Part shown: positions 50,001-61,302 of the stretch, in pieces
How the letters are laid out: each line of letters begins with the position of its first letter
Position numbering within the stretch: the first letter of the stretch is position 1
Assembly (NCBI RefSeq): GCF_035594765.1
Contig: NC_085841.1
Span: 206,716,155-206,780,154 of the forward strand
Length of the DNA stretch: 64,000 nucleotides
Direction: 5' to 3'
From: Anolis carolinensis
Lineage: Eukaryota
Position numbers and translations under genes: made by a program
Notes under the pieces: model-generated
The model's input: only the letters and a program-made list of their open reading frames with translations
The model's database searches: none
What the model was told of the DNA's origin: nothing

Positions 50001-51010
50001 CTTTCCAGATCCTTTTATTTTCAATAAATCTCGATTAGCTACTCTCAGATCACCTTTAACTCATTGACTCAGTTCAACAAAATTCTCAGAGTTATTTGAG
50101 CTATGCTGTGTACAACCTGAATCAACAATCCAAACATCATCTTTATCTTTGTTCTCATTAATTGTTAAAATAGAATGAGCAGCCATTAAACCTCTATGTG
50201 ATTGTCTGTTTCCAGCAGGCTTATTTGTAAAAACTTTCTTTTCCTGCTTTACTTGCTTATTGCCACTAGATGGCGTGCCATCTCTCTTTGGTAGATGACA
50301 AAACCTCACAATGTGACCAAATTTACCACAATTAAAACATGTACTCCCCTTTGGGCTCTCCCTTGAAGCTCTGCCCCTATGAGGGTGGCTACTTGACGCC
50401 ATGTAACTTGATTCATTTGATCTAGAACTATCCACATGTGAACTTCTATGCTGGTCATCAAAGAAGTCTCTGAACCTCACAATAGCCAAATTAAAAGTTA
50501 TATCTGGATTTGATTCAATGGCAGACATATATAGCTCGAAGGTCCTTCCTAAAGATCCTACCAAAAGTCCAACCTTATGAAAATCTTCAATGTTAAAACC
50601 AGACATCTTTAACTTATCAAGCATTTCTGTAAAAGTCTCTAAATGTTTATCACACTCTTTCTTACCATTAAGCTCTGTTTCATAAGTCTCTTCAACAATC
50701 CAATCGCAGCCAGCTTAGAAATATGACAAAATGTGCATTTGAGTGCTTCCAGCATATCTTTGGCTGTTTCACAATCTCTGACATACATCATTTGCTTAGT
50801 TTTCAGAGTAGAAGTGATCAAATATCTGGCTTTTGCATCCTTCACCTTCCAATATGAAATAGCTTGCTCATTAGTCTCTGGACATGCTCTCTGAATACAA
50901 TCCAACACTCTCTCATACTCCAGTAGTATCAATACTTTATCATGCCAATAATGAAAATTATGGCTGTTCAAATCTTCTCTCAACAAATGCAATATCTCTC
51001 TATTATCCAT
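47051..51010 (-). pseudogene. Fragmented copia gag-pol
   Basis: CCHC knuckle CFNCGKFGHIVRFC; protease WIVDSGCTQH; integrase DLIHRDICGP...TDCGSEY...QNGVAERK; RT TYVDDL; RNase H YSDADWA...EDNQSCI...ADILTKPL. Multiple stops and frameshifts. Confidence 0.93.
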
Positions 51011-51477
51011 CTTTATAACAAAATTCCAAAATTAAAATCTTCAATCAAAATATAGGAATCCCAAAAAGAGAAAGATCAAAATCAAAAATCTCAAACTCTC
51101 AAAATATTGGCTTAAAATGAAAATGAGCCAAAAAGAAAATCAACAATCAAAATGGTTCTCTGATAAGCACATGCAAAGGAGAAAGGAGGAGGAAAAAAGT
51201 GTCGTTTTAAAAGTCAAGCCTCAAAACCAGTAAGCCTGCAAACATTCAATGGCTACCATGTGGCCAAGCGATCTACAACACAAAGGCTTGGCCTTTAGGC
51301 AATCTCCCAAGTTTCGGCCAGAACAAAAGAAACACCAAATGCCTTCTCAGTGTGAGCTCTCTTTACTTCCTCATGACACAAAGAGTCAAAATTAAAATAT
51401 CACTTCTTAAAATTGCTCTTTTAAAAATATCCCCTTTTTGCTGAGACCCATAACCTATTAGGAATATATTCATAACC

Positions 51478-52060
51478 TGTTAGGATTATGATACCAATAT
51501 GGTTAGATATTGGTGCAGAGTAACAGAAATACAGATATCTAGGGGCTTATGTGAGCAGAGGTGAAAAAAACCCCCAAAATAGCCAGCCTCCCTTTCCTTT
51601 TAAAAGAGTCATGCACATATAATAAACATCAGAGACATTAAAAGTAAAATAGTAAAAATATGTTTACTCACAATCTTGTATGATGATGGTCATACAGGTA
51701 AAACATCATAGTTCCAAAAGAATACAGTTCAGGATACTACATATCTCTTAACAAAGAAGTAACATCAGCATGGCATGGCAGGATCAAGAAGCATGAAGAG
51801 GTGAAGAGCAAGAAGAGCAGGAAGAGAGAGAACAAAAGAAAGTCTCCCCTTTTATGCCCCAAATTCTAAAGGCATGTGTAACTTCCTGTATGTCTCCAGG
51901 AAGTATACTCCCATTTCCCACATCACATGCAAAACCCCTAAAATGGTGCCATCAACTCTGGAATGCAGCTTTGGCTTCAGGTTACTAAGCAACAAACAAA
52001 ACTAACTACATAAACCATCCCACATTGAAAATGCATGCATGATTGCTAGATAACCCAACA
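51478..52060 (-). repeat. copia 5' LTR
   Basis: TG...CA direct repeat followed on the minus strand by GGTTATG PBS-like sequence. Confidence 0.95.
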
Positions 52061-52841
52061 GAAGAATACTTGTAATGTATTCAAGGTGCTTTCCCCTCCA
52101 AAAACACCAAAATAATAGTTGCTGAATAACCAACATTTTGGAATGAAAATGACACTGTTATTTCTTGAGCACTCACATGCCCTTCTCACACCAAAACAAA
52201 GTCATAGCCATGCTAATCTGGAACATTAGCATGCAAAAGAATCTTGTAACACCTTGAGACTAAGAGGGAGAAATGTAATGTACTAGTTGGAGTGCAACAT
52301 CTACCTCAGAGTTGGCGTGTAAACCTTCTCCTTGGATGCATCTTCACTATAGAATTAATGCAGTTTGATGCCACTTTATCTACCATTGCTCAATTCAATG
52401 GAGTCATGGGAATTGTAGTTTTTATTAGGATTTACTGTGTTAGGGGAAAACTACCCCAAAAATACAGCAGAGCATTCAAAAACACAAACAGGATACTGAG
52501 AGTTGAGCATTCAGCTCACAGCAAGCAGAGTGTGAAGTGCCATGTGGCTCTGAAGAATGTAGAGCTTAGGAGGCAAAGATCCAGAGTTCAGTCTTTATAG
52601 TTAGTAAAGGTTTATTTACAAAAGTAATAACTACATTTTAATAGTAAATAAGAAATAGTAAATAACTGGGCCCTATACCTCCATCTCTTTTAAGGTTCAA
52701 AATAGAGGGGAAAATCTCAAATCATTACATCTCTCCTGACACACAAGCAGAGAGAGATCTCAATACACACAGCACACACTAAGATGTAAGAAGCAGAAGC
52801 CAAAGACAAAAGACATGCACCTACAAAGTATCAATTCTACA

Positions 52842-53114
52842 CAGAGTCGGCCCTAGGTGTAGGTGAACAGAATTTTGGCACCCCCCCAAACTAATCACTG
52901 AAAAATAAAAGCGTTGGATAAGCGAAAATGTTGGATAATAAGAAGGGATTAAGGAAAAGCCTATTAAACATCAAATTACATTAAGATTTTACAAATTAAG
53001 CACCAAAACATCATGTTTTACAACAAATCAACAGAAAAGCAGTCTCGACTGCGCCCCTGTATGTTTTGCGCCCGAAGCGACCGCTTAATTTGCCTCATTG
53101 TTGGACCGGCTCTA
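52842..53114. mobile_element. Non-autonomous hAT-like element
   Basis: Imperfect TIRs cagagtcggccct / tagagccggtcc; 8-bp TSD ATTCTACA. Confidence 0.75.
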
Positions 53115-53165
53115 ATTCTACATAACCAACCAGAATGAGAACAGAAACAGAGGAGAGAAGAAATA

Positions 53166-53488
53166 CAGTAGAGTCTCACTTATCCAACACTCACTTATCC
53201 AACATTCTGGATTATCCAACGCATTTTTGTAGTCAATGTTTTCAGTACATTGTGATATTTTGGTGCTAAATTCATAAATACAGTAATTACTACATAGCAT
53301 TGCTGCATATTGAACTACTTTTTCTGTCAAATTTGTTGTATAACATGATGTTTTGGTGCTTAATTTGTAAAATCATAACCTAATTTGATGTTTAATAGGC
53401 TTTTCCTTAATCCCTCCTTATTATCCAACATATTTGCTTTTCCAACGTTCTGCTGGCCCGTTTATGTTGGATAAGTGAGACTCTACTG
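53166..53488. mobile_element. Tc1/mariner-pogo type MITE
   Basis: TIR cagtagagtctcacttatccaaca with TA TSD. Confidence 0.9.
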
Positions 53489-53733
53489 TAGATACATTCC
53501 AACTGTCATTCAGGAGTCATGGGGGAAGGGACACCCTCAGCCTATTCTAAGCTAACTACTCCTCAGTGATGACTGGAGACTTGGGCAGTGTGGGGTTAAA
53601 TTCCAACTGTTTTAACAAGGTATTTGTCTTTCTCAACTAAAATGTGGTATTCACTCAGCAAAGTACAACTCCCAGGATCCCATAGCAATAACCTATGGAA
53701 GTTAAAATAGTGTTAAATTGCATTAATCCTGCA

Positions 53734-53864
53734 GGCTGGATCTACATTGCCCTATATCCCAGGATCTGATCCCAGATTATCTGGCAGTGTAGACCCATAT
53801 AATCCAGTTTAAATCAGATAATCTGGGTTCAGATCCTGAGATATAAGGCAGTGTAGATCCAGCC
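53734..53864. mobile_element. Harbinger-like MITE (ggctggatctaca type)
   Basis: Long TIRs; relatives at about 54578-54724, 61320-61470 and 63009-63210. Confidence 0.75.
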
Positions 53865-54156
53865 ACGGTGTACTTGCATCCCAGGGCTCTGGGACATCAG
53901 GGTTCAAATTCCCACTCAGTCAGGGAAGCCTGCTCAGTGACCTCAGGTTATCTCTCAGCCTGGAAGGAAAGTAATGGCAAACCCCCTTCTCAACAAATCT
54001 GGTTAAGAAAAACCTGTGATAGGGATGCCACAAGTCGAAATAGCCTTGAAGGCACAGGGGTACTTCCTAGGGAGTTACTTCTAGGCAAGTGTACATAACA
54101 CTACCTCTTTAGTCTCCCACCCTCTCTCTTACTCCATTTCCATTGAGAGGCAGAGC

Positions 54157-54335
54157 ATGCATCTATATTGCAGAATTAATGACACCACTTTAAGTCACTT
54201 GGCTCAATGCTAGGCTTCTCTGCCAAACTGTGCTGGTGTCTCATCAAACTACAAATCCCATGATTCCTTAACATTGAGCCATGGCAGTTAAAGTTAAAGT
54301 GGTGTCAAATTGTGTTATTTCTACAGTGAAGATGC
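54157..54335. mobile_element. Palindromic MITE (gcatcta..tgtagaattaatgcag type)
   Basis: Inverted termini; partial or related copies at about 52335-52420, 53660-53730 and 55855-56060. Confidence 0.6.
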
Positions 54336-55159
54336 AACAACAGAAAGATATTTGAACAGATAGTAAGAAAGAGGTAGAGATAACAAACAAATAAACAGGA
54401 GCACTCTAAAAAATACCTCCCCCAAGCAACTGGGAATACAGGTTCTTCCATACCAACAGGAATTCTCATAGCAAAAAAACTTGTGTATCCTAGAGTCACT
54501 TTTGATATAGGGAAATCTACCACATATTTTTTCTTGGCAACATTTATTCAGAAAGAGTTTGCCTTTTCCGAGACTGAGGTCCATTCTACACTGCCATATA
54601 AAATCCAGATTGCCTGATTTGAACTGGATTATATGGCTGTGTAGACAATATAATCCAGTTTAAAGCAGATAAGTGGAATATCCACTTGGATAACCTGGAT
54701 TATATCGCAGTGTAGAAGGGACCTGAGGGGGAGTATGGCTTGTCCAAAGTCACCCAGTGATATCCAAACAATATCTACTAAGAAACAAACCTGATGAATT
54801 TGTCACTTATTTCCAAATGGTGGCATGCATTAATGGAAACTATGCACCTCCTCTGAGCAACATGTTCCATTGGCTTCAGAGACGATCACTGCTCTCACAT
54901 CACAATAATTTCCCCTTCAATAGAGGTTGCAGTCAGCAGCACACAACAATGGAAACTGCATAATATTCAGGAGGGTTTACTCCGCAAAATATGGTGATGC
55001 TTTAGTTGCCAGTCCAGAGGGAATGATCTCAAAAACCTTTATGTGAAAACATTTTCTACCTAAACCAATGTAGCTAGATTTCTTTCTAATTAAGGAAGAG
55101 AAACTGGCTATACTAAACTGCGTAGAGGGGAGAAGGTTAGTGCACCTCTATACATGTGT

Positions 55160-55367
55160 ATGTGTTTTCAAGCCACCTGTCAACATATAACAAACCCCAT
55201 GAATTTCATAGGAATCCTTAGAGGTAATTTTGCTAGTTTCTTCCTCTGAAATATCACCAATAGCATCTGATATTCATTGATTGTCTCCCATCTAAGTACT
55301 AACCAGGACTGACTCTACTTAGCTTCCAAGGTCAGTTGGGATCTGATGTCTTCAGGGGATTTAGACC
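55160..55367 (-). mobile_element. 5S rRNA-derived SINE
   Basis: Minus strand ...ggaagctaagtagagtcagtcctggttagtacttagatgggagac resembles 5S boxes A and C, followed by a non-5S body. Confidence 0.7.
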
Positions 55368-56146
55368 TGTCTCACCTCTACTTTCATTGAATTTAATGTG
55401 GAATGATGAATCATATCAAACAAAGTGATTCAGTAGGTGAATCAGAGTTGCAAACAGCAAGTGCTTTGAGGCCTATATCTTATCTTCCTTGTGTATGAAC
55501 ATTTCCAGTGTACACACCAGCAGAGTGCCCCACTCAGCTACCAGAAAGAACAGTGACTCATTCTTCAAAGAATTTTTATGGGACTACAGAAGCACAAGCC
55601 CTAAAGCTCCAATAAATCCTGAGTTAAACAATTCAGAAATAAGATCAAGAAAGAAAGAGTTATTTGACCCACTTCTGTGTCATTTCACATTGCTTAACAC
55701 TAAGAATATTTGTCAATTGCAAAGGTAAATTCTTATTCCCCGTCTAAAGATTGCAAAGGTAAATATTTATCCCCAGTCAAAGACCAGGGAATGTGAAGAA
55801 GACAGTTTGAATTTCTGATGAAAATAAATAGCTATCATCTCAGTCTTGACCATGGCACCTATATTGTAGAATTCATGCAGTTTGACACCACTTTAACTGT
55901 CATGACCCAATGCTATGGAATCCTGGGATGTGTCATTGGCGAAGAGAGCAGCACCTTTTGGCAAAGAAGGCTAAAGTCCTTGTAAAACTATATCTTCCAT
56001 GATTCCTTAAACTGTGCCATGCCAGTTAAAGTGACATCAAACAGTATTCTACAGAGTAGAATCTACTCCGTGGATACATTCCCAACAAGTTCAGTGGCCA
56101 TATACTGTTGGAAATTACAACATTCTTGAATCTTCCTCTAGTAATT

Positions 56147-56772
56147 TGTTTTTTTTTTAATATAATTTTTATTGAGTTTTGTTACAATTCGAATCTAAGG
56201 GAAAGAACGAGGTAAGTGTGGTGGGATAGATGGGTATGGTAAAATTTGGATAAGGTGGGGGAGGTATCTACTTTCTCTAGATATCAGGGGGAGGGGGGGT
56301 TCTAGCTGTATCTACAACTATAAAGTAGTAAATACAAAGGGAGGATCTGGGGAACACAGGGGGGGGGGAAATGGGGAAAGGGGGAAGAGAGAGGAAAAAG
56401 TACCTAACTGGGGAGGGGATGGGGGGGGGGTGTAGACTTCCACTCTTCCATCTTCCTATTATTTCCATTTGTTTAATTCATCTTCTTAGTTCTTCTTGCA
56501 AATACATTTCAAAGCTCGACCAGTCCGTTTCTTTCATGGCGCGTCCGGTGTTCTTTTTGATCATAAAAGTCAATTTGTCCATATTCTTTATCTCTACTAC
56601 TTTTTCTAGCCACATTTCTTTAGTTGGGATGGTTATTCCTTTCCACTGTCTTGCTATTACTAATCTTGCTGCGGTAATTAGGAAAGTAAAGATTTTTTCC
56701 ATGTTCTCTCTGTTCTCCTTTTTTCCTTTCCCTTCATTATCCTGTTTGGGGTATAAACCTAATATGTTTCCT
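56147..56772 (-). mobile_element. L1-clade LINE 3' end
   Basis: ORF2 C-terminus ITAARLVIARQWK...PTKEMW...DW..F; AATAAA and poly(A) on the minus strand. Confidence 0.75.
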
Positions 56773-57410
56773 GGGAAGTTGTGGGAGGGGCTGCAGACCA
56801 CATGATCTGACCTGAAACTACTCAGACCTTAGACTCCATTTGAGATTCTTCTTAGACTTTGGACTGCTAAGAGCAAATGCTTGATGCTCATAAGAGAGAT
56901 TTTCCTGGCCAGATGGGACAGAAACTATCTCAAACATATCTGAAACTGGACTGATAACACAATACCTGTGTTATGCTAAACACATGAAGATTGTGAGTAA
57001 ACCAAATACCTTATTTTACCAAAGCCTACTTCATTTTTGTCTCTTGAGTGCATGATATAAAACTAGTTATTTTATGGGATAATAGATATATTTTGGGCAA
57101 CTGAAAACACTTCTAAAGCTCTGCTGTTTTTATGCACTGGCAAAATCTCAATTTTCCTAACAGATCAGAGACAACAAGTTATCAATCCAACAGCCGAAGC
57201 CAATTTGCCTTGCATATTACATTTGGTTGTGTACCACTTGAGAAAATTATACTCAAACCGGTTTTTGGCTCTTCTCTGAAAGGTCATGCTTTTCCAAAAG
57301 GTTATGATCTCCAAATGATTATGAATGTCATTTCCCAAAAATATACTGGGAGCTTTTTGTAGAATAAAGATACTTATAACTGAGTGTTCCGAACGTTTAT
57401 TAAATTAAAA

Positions 57411-58532
57411 TCTGCATATATATTATGGAGTAAACAACAAAACCACTGAACCAAATCACACCAAATTTGGCCACAAAAGACATAGTCATCCAAAATATGT
57501 CTTTCAAACAAAAACATAAAAAACCTAGAAAAATAAAGTTCAAATTAGAGGATTTGCTGCCAGTTAGAAGGCTAGGCTCTGCCCACTTCGTCTCCTAGCA
57601 ACCTGCTTGGCGAAGGGACAGCCAGAGTTCAGTTAGGCCTCTTCCACACTACCTATAAAATAGAGATTATCTGATTTGAACTGGATTATATGGCAGTGTA
57701 GACTCAAGGGCCTGCCACACACCTATATAACCCAGAATGCCAAGGCAGGATATCTGCTTTGAACTGGATTATCTTGAGTCCACAGTGATACATAATCCAG
57801 TTCAGTGTGGATTTTATACAGTTGTATAGAAGGGGCCTCATATAATCCAGTTCAAAGCAAATAATATAATATTATAAATATAATATATAAATTACTGTGG
57901 TATAATAATACAGAACAATATAATCTCTAAAATCAGGACAGTAAATAAAGAGCAACACTCTGAAAACAGGGGAAATCCAGAAAGGAAACAACTAGGGCCA
58001 GCTAACACCTTGCAGCTTAAAGCAGTCAGGCTTTAAGCTGCAAGGCAATTAAATGCTAATAAAGGTGACTAATTGCAGCATTCATACTTGCTGCACTGAG
58101 ACTATTCATTGCTATTCAACCTGGCCAACCAAGAATTCCACAAGGTAGAAAGCGGCCGGGTTTGCAAGCAGCAAAGGCTATTCAGTGCTGTTCAACCTGG
58201 CCAACCAAGATTTCCCCTAGATAGAAAACCCTCAAGTTTTGAAGCCACGAGATTACTCCGTCCTATTCAACCTGTCCAAGAAAGCGGCCAGGCTTTGAAG
58301 CAGCGAGGCTATTCAGTGCAATTCAAATTGGCCAAAAAACCATTCCCCTAGAATGCAAGTACTCAGCCTTCTAAACAGAAAACCTATTACATTGTATTCT
58401 AGCTCACCAAACAAGGATTCACATAAGAAGAAAACAGCCAGGCTTTGAGGCTGCAAGGCTATTCACTGCTATTCCACCTGGCCAACAAATGATTCCCATA
58501 AGCCACAGCAACGCGTGGCCGGGCATAGCTAG
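57411..58532 (+). mobile_element. Composite non-autonomous Helitron
   Basis: A|TC 5' end (tentative); 3' hairpin ccacagcaacgcgtgg then CTAG|T; contains MITE and PLE pieces and an internal tandem repeat. Confidence 0.75.
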
Positions 58533-59259
58533 TTGTCTTATAAATATGGTTCAACGGAATGCAATTAACAAGAAAACTGCGCCAGAACCCACCCGGTTTC
58601 CCTTTACTGCCATGTTCTTTCAATTAAGGCGTCAAAGCCTGTTCCAAATCCATGCATTTCCCGGCTTTCTCTGGCTCCGAGTCTATGCCTCAGTTTGTCC
58701 AGCAGATGACAGTGTTGTTCTACCCAAGAAACCACCAAGAGTGCCTAGTTCACAACTACTATGGCCGCCTTTGTGTATTAAAATTACCCTCAGCCAAGGA
58801 TTGCGGGAAAGCTACCCTGCATTTCCAGAAGTATTTTTTCCTTGCTGTTGTTCTTAGTGTTCGGTGCTAGCAGGCCAAATATTCAGCAAAAAATGAAACA
58901 AGGGGGTTTCGCTAGAAAGGGCCTGAAAAATGGAACACAGGAAAGATGGAGGAACTTGGCAATGCCCTTGTGCCCATTAGAAGACCGTGGTTAGCTTCCG
59001 GTGTCATAATAATCCTTGCTTTCTCATCCTGGAATTCTATTTCAATCTCGCATGTGTGTCTGTCTCCCCTCTTTCTTGATTTAAACTTTATTTGTGAGCA
59101 AAGATGGCCAAGGGTCAGAGACTTTACAGGTTGTCAAGGCAGCAAGTTTCAAGTTCATGGCAGGCTGACCTCGGTCCCTTTCCTTTCCTCCTTTCCTCCC
59201 TTGTCCCTTCCCTTTCTTCCTCCCTCTATTATTCCCTCCTTCCCGCCATTCCTTCCTTC

Positions 59260-60094
59260 TGGGTTGCTGTGAGTATTCCGGGCTGTATCGTCATGTTCCA
59301 GAGGCATCCTCAAAGGTTGTGAGGTCTGTTGGATAGTTATGCAAGTGGGGTTTACATATATCTGTGGAAGGCCCGGGGTGGGAGAAAGAAATCTTGTCTG
59401 TTGGAGGCAAGTGAGAATATTACAGTTCATCACCTTGATTAGCATAGAAAAACCTTTCAGCTTCAAGGTCTGGCTGATTCCTGCCCTAAGGAATCCTTTG
59501 TTATAGGAGGTGTTAGCTGTTCAACCAACCTGGACACAGAATATTATTTGAAAATACAGAAATGCTGGACCACTCTAACAACCACCATGTCAGACTACAC
59601 AGAGGAGCCATTGAAATCCACAAGCCTGTGGACAATTTCGATAGAAAGGAGGAAACCATGAAAATGAACAAAATCTAGCTACTAGTATTACAAACTTCTA
59701 AAACCGGGACAGTAAATAAAGAGCAGCACTTACAAACCAAAGGAATTCTAGGCATGAAACAATCTGGGCCAGTTAACACTTCCCAACAAAGGATTCTCCC
59801 AGGCAGGAATCAGCCAGGCTTCAAAGCTGCAAGGCTATTTTATGCTAATCAAGGTGATTAATTGCAATAGTCACACTTCCCTCCAACAGACAAGAGTTCT
59901 TTCTCCCTCCCTGGACCTTCCACAGATATATTACCCTTACTTCCCTAGTTTCCAATATACCTCATACCCTCTGAGGATACCTGCAATAGATGTGGGCAAA
60001 ACGTCAGGAGATAATGCTTCTAGAATATGGCCATACATCCCGGAAAACTCACAGCAACCCAGTGATGCCGATCATGAAAGCCGTTGACAACACA
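59260..60094. mobile_element. Longest PLE fragment, with GIY-YIG endonuclease C-terminus
   Basis: 59523-59690 reads NQPGHRILFENTEMLDHSNNHHVRLHRGAIEIHKPVDNFDRKEETMK, between inverted pLTR arms. Confidence 0.88.
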
Positions 60095-60994
60095 TTCCTT
60101 CCTTCCTTGGAGGCAGAAGAACGAGATTGTTGCTTTATTACAACTATAGCAAGCACACTGAATTTATTCTTGAATTTCGACTCGGCACTTAGCTTACACT
60201 TTTTTATTGAATGGCTCTAACTCTACCAAGGACTAGCCATAGCATTGAGGCCCGAGGCGAATATAAACTTTTGCTTCTTTATATCAAAGCCGTCTGGAGC
60301 CTTCTGCAGGGTGAGCCCTGAGTAAGTGATTTCAGGAGGGCAACTGCAGTTCATATTTCAGTCACGTGTGAGCGTGTATATGTTTCTCTCTCTCTCTCGC
60401 TCGCTTTCTCTTCCCCTCCTTCCTTTTCTAGCTCCCTACTTCCCTCGACACAGAAGGAAAATTATACCCAGTAAACTAAATTTTCTCTTGCTTTTAATGA
60501 AGCTTCATTGGGAGTACGGTCTGAACAAGCTGGACAAGTTCACGTACCGAGAGTAGTACAAATGCGTTCTGAGTTTTTTAAAGAGAGGGAGAGGAGAATG
60601 TAAATGATAAAATTTAAACAACATATGTGTTTAATATGCAAATAGTAATGTTTATTTTGTCAATTGTTGATTTAGAATGGTTGTGATTTTTGAACTGGAG
60701 TGGAGCATCCCAAGAGAAAGGTAGTACAGAAGAGGTGATTTCTGTGTTCACTAGTAATATTTCACATTACCTTTGTTATTGCTGCTGAGTTTATATCCTG
60801 GAGTTCTTCATGTTTACCACTGTGTTTTGTTTTACTGGAAGCCGCCATAAGTCCCCTCCGGGAGATAGGGCGGGTTATAAATAAAGCATCAGTATTGTTG
60901 TTGTTGTTCTTGTTATTATTATATTCCTAAGGGTTCTGGTTCGTGGACTTCATCCAGGCAGAAGAAGAACTTTGAAGTATCAGAGGTTGCAATA

Positions 60995-61302
60995 ATTCAA
61001 GAAACAATCGGGGCCAGCTAACACCTCTCAACAAAAGACACCCCAGGCAGGAATCAGCCAGGCTTTGAAGCTGCAAGGCTATTTAATGCTAAACAAGGTG
61101 GCTAATTTCAATATTCACACTTGCCCCCAACAGACAAGAGTTCTTTCTCCGATCCTGGACATTATTCCACAGATATAGAAACAGTTGTGAGGTCTGTTGC
61201 CTAGTTTCCAACAGACCTCACAACTTCTGTAGATGTGGGTGAAACGTCAAGAAAGAATGCTTCTGGAACATGGCCATACAGCCCGGAAAACTTTCAGTAA
61301 CT
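60995..61302 (+). mobile_element. PLE fragment
   Basis: Family sequence, locally rearranged. Confidence 0.8.

Larger units (their letters stand above)
46445..52060 (-). mobile_element. Full-length degenerate Ty1/copia LTR retrotransposon
   Basis: Two TG...CA LTRs of about 580 bp, 5-bp flanks GAGGA/GAAGA, PBS, PPT, and domain order gag-PR-IN-RT-RH. Confidence 0.95.

Noticed and set aside
55283-55367. 5S rRNA gene
   Set aside because: Truncated, diverged and fused to a SINE body.
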